24,710 nucleotides of DNA, taken from a virus. Lineage: Duplodnaviria > Caudoviricetes. The notes under the pieces were generated by a model. That model had not been told where the DNA came from. It did not search any database and was given only the letters and a program-made list of their open reading frames with translations. Numbering within the stretch: position 1 is the first letter of the stretch; each line of letters starts with the position of its first letter. The position numbers were made by a program, and so were the translations under genes. Below are positions 17,199 to 24,710 of this stretch, piece by piece. The DNA is taken from IMG/VR virus record IMGVR_UViG_3300025610_000138, positions 1-24,710 of that record, one strand, 5' to 3'.

Positions 17199-17220
17199 CT
17201 TTAACTAAGGAGTAATTATT
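17195..17220 (+). promoter_or_regulatory. Strong translation initiation region (epsilon-like enhancer plus SD)
   Basis: TTAACTTTAA (17195-17204), TAAGGAG (17206-17212), then an 8-nt AT spacer to the ATG. Confidence 0.7.
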
Positions 17221-17430
17221 ATGGCAGTTCACTACTTAGGTGATAACGGTCCCGATGGGACTACGCTAGGCACGAGCTCTACCGAGAAGATTAGCTTCTT
17301 TGGAGCCACTCCAGTGGTGCAGCAATCTGTAACGGCTCCCGCTGCTACAGCTACGACTACTACCAACGAAGCCGCAATTGTTTCTATTAACAGCGCGCTA
17401 GTTGCTTTAGGTCTGATTGTTACCACGTAA
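17221..17430 (+). CDS. Small capsid-associated (decoration-like) protein, 69 aa
   Basis: Immediately after the coat gene, before the hairpin, with a very strong RBS; KISFFGATPVVQ and ALVALGLI motifs. Confidence 0.65.
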   Translation: MAVHYLGDNGPDGTTLGTSSTEKISFFGATPVVQQSVTAPAATATTTTNEAAIVSINSALVALGLIVTT

Positions 17431-17443
17431 CCACAACCGGAGA

Positions 17444-17474
17444 GGGGGAGTGGCAACGCTCCCCCAATTCTAAT
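17444..17474 (+). terminator. Hairpin after the capsid genes, probably a leaky intrinsic terminator
   Basis: GGGGGAGTG-GCAA-CGCTCCCCC, a 9-bp stem with a GNRA loop; weak tail AATTCTAAT. Confidence 0.7.
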
Positions 17475-18746
17475 ATGTCAAAATTGCATCAAGACAATGG
17501 CAGCCCGAGAAGCTTTGACGGGCAAAAGGTTTGCATCGCTACTACCTCGTATGACCGATGCACTACAGGCTATACATTCAGTATGGCAAGTTCCAGAGAG
17601 GCATTACATGACGCCGGGATTGGAACAGCATATTTATTACTGCGTGGAAATTGCCACGTAGATGATGCGCGAAATAGAATCGTGCAAGAATTTTTAACGA
17701 CAGACTGCACGGACCTGGTGTTCATTGATGCAGATGTTGAATGGCATTCAAGCGACCTAGTGAAGCTTTGCCAATATGACCTAGATGTTGTTGGTGGCGT
17801 TTATCCACACCGGCGCAAGGACAAGCAAGAAGAATTACCAATGCGCATGATGAAGGGTAAGTTCCCGGTAGATGGTTTGATGGAAGTTGAGGGCTTACCA
17901 ACAGGGTTCCTGAGATTTAAGCGCCACGTTATCGAGAAGCTTGTTGAATCATGCGAGTCGTTCGATAGCAACACTAATCATGAGATTGAGCAGCCACTAT
18001 TATTCCAGCGCACACTGATTAACGGAACACGCTGGGGCGGCGACTTACATGTATGTAATTTGTGGCGTGAGATGGGGGGAAAGATATTCTGTGCCACGGA
18101 ATTAGAACTAAGCCACGAGGGTGTCGAATGCTTTGAAGACTCCGCTGGCGCATTTATTCGGCGCTCACACGGCACGACAATGTCTTATGTAGCGAACAGG
18201 ATTAAGGATGGAGAATGGAGCGTTAAAGATATAAAGGAGGCCATCAAGTACACCAACAATAAATTCACTGCTCCGCCCGAAGTTCTGTCATTAGCAATTG
18301 GTTACGCAAAGCAGGCCACCGGGCCAATACTGGAAACAGGCAGCGGACTAAGCACTGTGTTGATGGCAGCAGCGACAGACGAGATGGTCTTCTGTATCGA
18401 GAACGACGACTACTATGCACAACGAACAGCGCAGATGGCTCGTGCAGCTGGCGTAACAAATATTGCAATCGTCAAGACTACAGTAACCGACGGGAGTTAT
18501 GATTTACAGAATGAAGATATTCCGAAGCGCTATAGCATACTGTTGCACGATGGTCCTAATCGGAGTACGGGTTGCAGAAAAGAAACGCTAGAAAATGTAT
18601 GTGACTTATTTGATGTAAAGACAATTATTAGTGACGACGCAGGTAACAAGGGCTACCGGGAATACCTGGAGAACTTCGCTAGACAACATGCGTTCGAATC
18701 AACAATGTATGTGGCGCCACGAGCGCACGTAATGAATAGGAAATAA
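17475..18746 (+). CDS. Fusion of GT-A glycosyltransferase-like and class I SAM-dependent methyltransferase domains
   Basis: N-terminal half: VCIATT, ARNRIV, LVFIDAD (DxD), VVGGVYP, PTGFLRFKR, GGDLHVC, LSHEG. C-terminal half: ILETGSGLST, VFCIEND, LLHDGP, IISDD. Confidence 0.82.
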   Translation: MSKLHQDNGSPRSFDGQKVCIATTSYDRCTTGYTFSMASSREALHDAGIGTAYLLLRGNCHVDDARNRIVQEFLTTDCTDLVFIDADVEWHSSDLVKLCQYDLDVVGGVYPHRRKDKQEELPMRMMKGKFPVDGLMEVEGLPTGFLRFKRHVIEKLVESCESFDSNTNHEIEQPLLFQRTLINGTRWGGDLHVCNLWREMGGKIFCATELELSHEGVECFEDSAGAFIRRSHGTTMSYVANRIKDGEWSVKDIKEAIKYTNNKFTAPPEVLSLAIGYAKQATGPILETGSGLSTVLMAAATDEMVFCIENDDYYAQRTAQMARAAGVTNIAIVKTTVTDGSYDLQNEDIPKRYSILLHDGPNRSTGCRKETLENVCDLFDVKTIISDDAGNKGYREYLENFARQHAFESTMYVAPRAHVMNRK

Positions 18747-18747
18747 C

Positions 18748-19455
18748 ATGGCTACAGCTAGAGACTTAATTAAGCGCACGATGCGATTACTACAGGTCCT
18801 TGAGACTGGTGAAGCTCCAACGTCGCAGGAAGCCAATGACGGTCTGGAGACGCTCAACAATATGCTTGATGAGTGGAATATAGACCGAGCTTATGTTCTA
18901 TCTATAGACCAGGTCGCACTAACCTGGCCGGGCAGTACAGAATCGAGAACCATAGGCGCAACTGGTGACTTTGCTCAAACCAGGCCAGTACAAATTCATG
19001 AATCAACATTCTACACCGACGCTAATGGTGATGATTTTAATTTCCGCATACTCGATACGAGAATGGGCTACACCAAGCTTGTCGATAAGGACACGGCATC
19101 TGACCTCCCTGAGTTCCTATACTATGAGCCGTCGTTCCCGAATGGAACGCTATATGTTTGGCCTGTTCCATCCTCCTCAATAACGGTACAGTTAAATTAC
19201 TGGACACAGTTATCGTCGTTCGCATCGTTAGATACGACAGTATCCTTGGCGCCGGGTTACACGAATCTTGTCGTATACGGATTATGTGAATACCTTGCGC
19301 CGGAATTTGGTGTTGCTGTACCACAGGAAGTATTAAAGATTGCACATGGTGTTCGTGGCCGCGTAAAGAAGAAGAACTTCCCGAAGCATATCTCAATGTC
19401 TGAACCAACTGCCATCAATTCCGGTAGCCGTTCGTACAACATCTTCACGGAGTAA
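18748..19455 (+). CDS. Head-to-tail adaptor, P22 gp4-like (extended)
   Basis: TARDLIKRTMRLL...GLETLNNMLDEW N-terminal helices, GTLYVWPVP, LAPEFG; lies before the gp10-like gene. Confidence 0.8.
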   Translation: MATARDLIKRTMRLLQVLETGEAPTSQEANDGLETLNNMLDEWNIDRAYVLSIDQVALTWPGSTESRTIGATGDFAQTRPVQIHESTFYTDANGDDFNFRILDTRMGYTKLVDKDTASDLPEFLYYEPSFPNGTLYVWPVPSSSITVQLNYWTQLSSFASLDTTVSLAPGYTNLVVYGLCEYLAPEFGVAVPQEVLKIAHGVRGRVKKKNFPKHISMSEPTAINSGSRSYNIFTE

Positions 19456-19460
19456 AGCGC

Positions 19461-20885
19461 ATGCGTTATAACTTATTCGGTGTAGGTCAAACAGGCAAGG
19501 CTCCTGATGTCACAGCGCAGCAGCGTCTTAACTTGTATATGGACCTTCAACCGCAAGAGGATAAAACGCGCTATAGCTATCATTCGAGACCGGGCTTAAC
19601 GCTGTTCTATGATTTTAACTCAAGCTCTCCGGTACGTGGGATGCTCGCAGTTGATACGCTACTGTACGTCGTGCAGGGTGGTACGTTCTGGGAGATTACA
19701 GCTGCTGGGGCGGCGACCAATAGGGGCACATTAAGTACTACAAGTGGCTTCGTCGGGATGGCATACAACCACGCCGGTGTGGTTATGGTGACAGACGGCA
19801 CTAACGGTTACTACTACACCATGTCAAGCACGACGTTCGCCACGATTACCGACGCAAGTTACAACGATGATGCGAGTACAGTGATATCGCATGACGGCTA
19901 CTTCATAGTACCAAAACCTGATTCCGGTGAGTTCTACTTGTCGAGTCTTGATGCTACTGACCCGACTAACTCCTGGAACGCACTAGACTTCGCAACGGCA
20001 GAAAAATCACCAGATAATTTGGTAAGACTATTTGAAAACAATACGGACATTATGCTGTGTGGAACGGAGACTATCGAGTTCTGGAATAATACAGGTAGCG
20101 GCACGCCGCCATACTCACGGATTACCGGTGGTGTTATTGAAGTTGGGTTAGCGGCGAAGTGGAGTATTAGTAAGTTCGGCGAATCTGAAGTAATGATGCT
20201 TGCATCCAATGCGGCCCAGGGTGATGTGTTTGTTGCCAAATTCAATGGCTTTAATTTTGAAGATGTAACCGGCACCGAATTAGCAGACACGATAAACAAA
20301 TACACAACTGTATCTGACGCCACCGGATTCTCATACTCTAAGCAGGGTCATCATTTCTATCAATTGAATTTCCCGGCTGAGGGCAAGAGCTGGTTATACG
20401 ATAAGAGAACGAACGTATGGAGTGAGCTCAATTATGGCGCACTGGGTGCCCGGCATCTTGGTGAGCTTGGTGAGACCTTTAACGGAAAATACTACGTATC
20501 AGATTATAACGTCGGCAAAATTTATCTGGTAGACACTGAAGCCTACTCGGATGACGGTGAACCAATTGTCAGGCAGATAACAAGCAAGCATCTATTCGAT
20601 GAGAAGCAGATACGTATATCAAGATTAAGGCTAGATGTTCGCACCGGGTCAACTGAATTACAAACGGGCCAGGGCTCTGACCCAGTAGTAATGCTCTCAG
20701 TATCACATGATGGCGGGAACTCATGGGGCAATGAACACAACGCAAGCTTGGGCGCAGTTGGTGAATATAGTCAGCGCGTTATATGGCGAAGACTGGGACG
20801 TTCAGATGACTGGGTGTTTAGAATCCGGTGCAGTGAACCAATTGACTTTGTAATAATTGGCGCGTGGATTGACGCAGCAGGGTAA
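19461..20885 (+). CDS. Tail hub / packaged DNA stabilization protein, P22 gp10-like
   Basis: 474 aa, beta-propeller-like; RPGLT, FATAEKSPD, GHHFYQLNFP, DPVVMLSVSHDGGNSW, GEYSQRVIWRRLGR. Confidence 0.92.
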   Translation: MRYNLFGVGQTGKAPDVTAQQRLNLYMDLQPQEDKTRYSYHSRPGLTLFYDFNSSSPVRGMLAVDTLLYVVQGGTFWEITAAGAATNRGTLSTTSGFVGMAYNHAGVVMVTDGTNGYYYTMSSTTFATITDASYNDDASTVISHDGYFIVPKPDSGEFYLSSLDATDPTNSWNALDFATAEKSPDNLVRLFENNTDIMLCGTETIEFWNNTGSGTPPYSRITGGVIEVGLAAKWSISKFGESEVMMLASNAAQGDVFVAKFNGFNFEDVTGTELADTINKYTTVSDATGFSYSKQGHHFYQLNFPAEGKSWLYDKRTNVWSELNYGALGARHLGELGETFNGKYYVSDYNVGKIYLVDTEAYSDDGEPIVRQITSKHLFDEKQIRISRLRLDVRTGSTELQTGQGSDPVVMLSVSHDGGNSWGNEHNASLGAVGEYSQRVIWRRLGRSDDWVFRIRCSEPIDFVIIGAWIDAAG

Positions 20886-20890
20886 ATAAC

Positions 20891-21133
20891 ATGGCACAAA
20901 GATTAAATTTTAGACCTCCATCAGACCCGGACCTAAAGAGTAGGGTATGGGTCATCTGGTTTTCCGATATGGGACGAACTCTCAACGGATTAACTGAATC
21001 AGGAACGACGGCAGACAGACCAACAAAGTTACTATTTGACGGTCGCACATATTTTGACACAACGCTCACCAAGCCTATTTGGTATGACGAAACAGGCGCG
21101 CAATGGGTTGATGCAACCGGCGCAGCGGTATAG
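20891..21133 (+). CDS. Small tail-associated protein (80 aa)
   Basis: Sits in the slot after the gp10-like gene; SGTTADRPT...YFDTTLTKPIWY...WVDATG is a fibre-type motif. Confidence 0.6.
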   Translation: MAQRLNFRPPSDPDLKSRVWVIWFSDMGRTLNGLTESGTTADRPTKLLFDGRTYFDTTLTKPIWYDETGAQWVDATGAAV

Positions 21134-21142
21134 GGGAAAATC

Positions 21143-21796
21143 ATGGGTATCTTTACTAGCTTCTTAAAAAACAACGCGGGAAACTTACTGAACGCCGGTG
21201 CTCAATTGTATGGTGGCTATCAAGCGAACAAGGCCGCCGACAAAGCTGCCAAGCAGCAGATGGCAGCCGCGCAACAGGCAATGGCATATCAACAGCAGCG
21301 TGAATCTCCTTACCTTAATATCGGTAAGAAGGCTGCCAATATGCTCAGTAGCCGAATGCATGAGGGTCGTGGCGGCGTGCTGCGAAACTACCGGCCAGAG
21401 GATATGTATCAGGACCCTGGCTATCAGTTCATGCTGAATGAGGGTATTGACGCCCGGAACAAGGCCGCGGCAGCTGGCGGCCGTCGCATGTCCGGCGGAC
21501 AAATAAAGGACCTGCAAGATTACACCATGGGCATGGCCTCGACATATTACGACAAGAGCCGGGACCGATTTAACCAGGACCAGCGCAAGACGTATAACAC
21601 GCTATCCGGGCTGATGAATCCGTCATTAGGACAGAGCGGCACAATCGGTAATTACATGACCGGAATGGGCGATGCTCGGAGTGCAGCAACAATATCCGGG
21701 TCCAATGCCTGGAATAATGCGCTATCCGGAGCCATGAGGCCATTTACAACCCAGCGACTAGTCGATAAGTACGGCAGACCAACGGTGATCACCTAA
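21143..21796 (+). CDS. DNA ejection protein, P22 gp7-like
   Basis: Gly/Ala/Gln/Asn-rich; DPGYQFMLNEG...AAAGG..SG motif; first of three ejection-type genes. Confidence 0.8.
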   Translation: MGIFTSFLKNNAGNLLNAGAQLYGGYQANKAADKAAKQQMAAAQQAMAYQQQRESPYLNIGKKAANMLSSRMHEGRGGVLRNYRPEDMYQDPGYQFMLNEGIDARNKAAAAGGRRMSGGQIKDLQDYTMGMASTYYDKSRDRFNQDQRKTYNTLSGLMNPSLGQSGTIGNYMTGMGDARSAATISGSNAWNNALSGAMRPFTTQRLVDKYGRPTVIT

Positions 21797-23394
21797 TGAA
21801 TCCAAATATCATACTTCAAGCTGAAGGGGTCCCAGACACCTGGGACAGAGATGTTGCGACAGCCAATGCGCTGTCAAGCATGCAATACAATGCTAATGTG
21901 AACGAATTAGCTATCCAGGGAGCTAAGCGTGAGCAGGCAATGCGTGAGGGGCTCGCACAGGCCGCTCAGAGCGCGCAAATGCCGGGTGGACCTGGACCTG
22001 CCGGGATACCTGGGGCGCCCGTAGAGGACCCAGAATTAGCTGCTATACAGGGTCAGCTGGCATACGCTCAGCAGATGGGTGACGTCGAAACTGCTGCAGC
22101 CCTTAACAAGATGCTCAACGACCGCAATCTGATGAAGAAGCGGAACTCTGACATGGAGAAGACCAACCAGGAAATGTTCCAAATGGGGGCTGAGGCTTTA
22201 CGTAATGCGTTCCACGGTGTGAACGTAGATGACCCTGTACAACGTGGTGCGATACTAGAGCACCTCTCACAGCGCTATCCTTCGGTGTTTGATGAAGAGG
22301 ATGTAACAGAGTTACATGCGGACCCAGAGCAATTGAAGAGTGTTATTGCTTCAGCTGCCAACGCAGATGCTGCGATTAACCGCGGCATTAACAAGCAGCG
22401 AGCAGATGCTGCGACGACCCAAGCGAGTGTTGCTGTTCAGAGGCTTGCGCAGGACTATGGTGTTGACTTTGGCGGCAACCCGGTGCGCCCAGGTGACGCA
22501 GTTGCTGCTAATGCTTACAAGCCAGAACCAATTGAACGACAGGTCCCGGTGACTAAGGAGGTGGCGCTTGCTACAGCTCAAGTTGACGCAGTGGCCGAGG
22601 CTAAGGACAATCTACCAGAGGGTGCGAGCCCCTACGGTGGAGAGAAGCCGGACCCAAGCCTACCCATCTATCGCGGCCTTGAGGGTAGGAAACAGCTCAA
22701 TCAGGATATGGCTGAGTGGCGCGCACAGAACCCGGCAATTGAGAAGGAGCAAGAGCTCGTTGCCCAGGATTCATTTGAACGCTCCAAGGCAATCTCTGGA
22801 GCTGTATCTGCGTCAAAGCGCAAGGCGAGCAAGACAAGATTGATTACAAGCTTGCTACGTGACTACACCGGTGGTGCCGGTGTACAAACGCTCACCAAGG
22901 CCAAGAGCTTTGCGTCTGGTGTATTCGGACTAAGCTTCGAGGGCCTGGGTGAGGCTGAGGCCGCTAATGCAATCTCAAATCAATTAGCACTTGAGTTGCG
23001 TAGCACAAGTGACGGTGGCGGCATGCCGGGCGCAATGTCTGATAAAGACAGAGAGTTCCTCGTGGGTATGATGCCGGGTATAGCAATGACACCCGGGGGC
23101 CGTGAGATATTAACTCGTGCTTATGAGATTAACGCAGAGAAGATGAAGGCTCGATATAAAGCTGCGCAAGCATACAAGGCTCGTGTTGGGCGAATTGATG
23201 CAAACTTCGAAGCGTCACCGGAGGCAATGGAGGTCGCGGAGAAGAACTGGTTCGAAGAGCTCTACCCCAAACTTGAGGAGGAGGCAACCGGTAAACGGAA
23301 CTTCTATCTACCCGGCATGGAGCCGAAGGGTGCGGGTCTTCGAAAAAATACTGTTATTGACATTAAGGACCTACCACGTCGGAGACCGAAATAA
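21796..23394 (+). CDS. DNA ejection protein, gp20-like position
   Basis: 532 aa, helical, Ala/Gln/Glu-rich; MPGAMSDKDREFL motif; TAATG-coupled on both sides. Confidence 0.7.
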   Translation: MNPNIILQAEGVPDTWDRDVATANALSSMQYNANVNELAIQGAKREQAMREGLAQAAQSAQMPGGPGPAGIPGAPVEDPELAAIQGQLAYAQQMGDVETAAALNKMLNDRNLMKKRNSDMEKTNQEMFQMGAEALRNAFHGVNVDDPVQRGAILEHLSQRYPSVFDEEDVTELHADPEQLKSVIASAANADAAINRGINKQRADAATTQASVAVQRLAQDYGVDFGGNPVRPGDAVAANAYKPEPIERQVPVTKEVALATAQVDAVAEAKDNLPEGASPYGGEKPDPSLPIYRGLEGRKQLNQDMAEWRAQNPAIEKEQELVAQDSFERSKAISGAVSASKRKASKTRLITSLLRDYTGGAGVQTLTKAKSFASGVFGLSFEGLGEAEAANAISNQLALELRSTSDGGGMPGAMSDKDREFLVGMMPGIAMTPGGREILTRAYEINAEKMKARYKAAQAYKARVGRIDANFEASPEAMEVAEKNWFEELYPKLEEEATGKRNFYLPGMEPKGAGLRKNTVIDIKDLPRRRPK

Positions 23395-24710
23395 TGGATG
23401 TTAAATTACCTACTGGACAAATAATAAGCGGGGTGCCGGAGGGCGCCTCATATGAAGATGTAGCAGACCTTGCCGTTCAAGGTGGCCTGGCTAGATACGA
23501 GGACTTCGATAACGAGGAGATATACGGCAACCCGCTAGAGGGTGGCGAGGGCTTACGTGGTGAGTTCGCCGCACGCATGGGTCGCGGTGCGTATGACTTC
23601 GGCCAGGGCACTAAGCAGTTAATTACGCAGGACCCGGAATACAACCGACGCGTTGCTGAGGAGATAGCTCAGTATGAAAAGCATGCCGGGGAAGGTTTTG
23701 ATTTTGGACGTACTGTGGGCCAGGCGTTTACTGGGACAGCAGCTGCTATGGCCGCGAGTCCTTTGCTGGGCGCCGGGATGAAGGCCGCGGGTGTAGGGCT
23801 ACCGGCATGGGCTGCTGTGCCTGCTGTAGGCGCTGCAGAGGGCGCGTTATTAGCGACGACTCCGGAGGACAGCAGGTTTGGTAATGCAATATCCGCTGGT
23901 CTTGGCGCAGCTGGTGGATACGTGGGCTTTAAACTCGCGGCGCCATGGGTTAGCCGTGCGGTAGATAAGGTTAAGAGATTTTTTGGTGGCGACTCCTCGG
24001 TAGAGGCTGCTGTTCAGGCACTACGTGAAACAGCCCAGGAGCTGGGCGTCCCTTGGGAGGCTGTGTCTGAGGGTATGAAGGCTGATATGGCCGCCAAGGT
24101 TGCTGCTGCAACCGCTTCAGGTATGACAGCAAAGGAGGTTGGTGAAGCGATAGCACGCAGGGCAGCGCTCGAAGAGCAGGGCATGACAGCCACAGCCGGT
24201 CGAACGACACAGGACCCCCGAATGTATACGGATGAGGAGAACATTCGCAAGCAACCCGGTGGCGAGAAACTGCAAGAGATACGCGAACAAAATCTCAAGC
24301 AGCTGCACCAGCGTTATGAAGAGATAGTTGATTCCACGTATCCGCGACCAGTGGAACTGACAGAAGCTGGCGAAGAGCTTGCGCAGGGTGTGCGCCAAAC
24401 TGACGAGTACCTAAAGAGCGCAGAGAATGAAGCGTATGACTATGCGCGCGAACAAGTTGGCAGTGGCGCATACGTTCCACGGGAGAACATTAGAGAATCA
24501 CTAGATGAACTACTTGGCACGTTTACCCCGGAGGAGGTGAGCGCGCCCATAGTGCAACGTCTACAACGATATGTCGATGAAGAAGATGTGTTCACTGTTG
24601 ATATTGCTGAGCGCGAGATACAACGACTCAACAAGCTTATTAAGAGCACGAACGACCCGCAGCGTAGAGCTAATGCGCAAGAATTACGACACGCAATCCT
24701 GCGTGACCTT
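23394..24710 (+). CDS. DNA ejection protein, gp16-like position (3'-truncated, not in ORF track)
   Basis: ATG overlapping the previous TAA; frame read by hand is open for 439 codons to the window end (MDVKLPTGQIISGVPEG...); Gly/Ala-rich hydrophobic segments at about aa 105-185. Confidence 0.8.
   Translation, partial: MDVKLPTGQIISGVPEGASYEDVADLAVQGGLARYEDFDNEEIYGNPLEGGEGLRGEFAARMGRGAYDFGQGTKQLITQDPEYNRRVAEEIAQYEKHAGEGFDFGRTVGQAFTGTAAAMAASPLLGAGMKAAGVGLPAWAAVPAVGAAEGALLATTPEDSRFGNAISAGLGAAGGYVGFKLAAPWVSRAVDKVKRFFGGDSSVEAAVQALRETAQELGVPWEAVSEGMKADMAAKVAAATASGMTAKEVGEAIARRAALEEQGMTATAGRTTQDPRMYTDEENIRKQPGGEKLQEIREQNLKQLHQRYEEIVDSTYPRPVELTEAGEELAQGVRQTDEYLKSAENEAYDYAREQVGSGAYVPRENIRESLDELLGTFTPEEVSAPIVQRLQRYVDEEDVFTVDIAEREIQRLNKLIKSTNDPQRRANAQELRHAILRDL

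Noticed and set aside
2451-21145. Possible TAG stop-codon reassignment: three of six TAG-ending genes (10946, 15039, 21133) are in frame with the next gene
   Set aside because: All long conserved genes are intact under the standard code, the downstream genes have their own starts, and 3 of 6 is compatible with chance.
93-24649. Numerous minus-strand and alternate-frame ORFs in the track
   Set aside because: They are shadows of well-supported + strand genes with no recognisable motifs. Only the o-spanin overlap is credible.
1-24710. tRNA, integrase/att site, IS element, intron or intein
   Set aside because: No intergenic gap shows a cloverleaf, no recombinase or transposase motifs were seen, and TerL, portal and helicase have normal uninterrupted lengths.

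Overview
The window is about 24.7 kb of a tailed dsDNA phage or prophage, with every credible gene on the + strand. Order: 3' part of a primase-polymerase/PriCT-2/AAA helicase gene, RusA-like resolvase, a near-consensus sigma70 promoter, a lysis cassette (holin-like ORFs, M15 endolysin, i-/o-spanin, so a Gram-negative host), a metallophosphoesterase, several putative accessory virion proteins, then a P22-like podovirus module (TerS, TerL, portal, scaffold, coat, head-tail adaptor, tail hub, three ejection proteins, the last truncated). Three likely real ORFs are missing from the supplied track: 2733-2903, 6648-6824 and 23394->24710. Most notable: (1) a fused glycosyltransferase-methyltransferase gene just behind the capsid genes, a candidate virion glycosylation and methyl-capping system; (2) an 898-aa multidomain protein with zincin-like and ADP-ribosyltransferase-like regions splitting the lysis cassette; (3) strong GATC depletion, with 4 sites found by eye versus about 96 expected. 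All family assignments come from motif recognition and gene order, not database searches.
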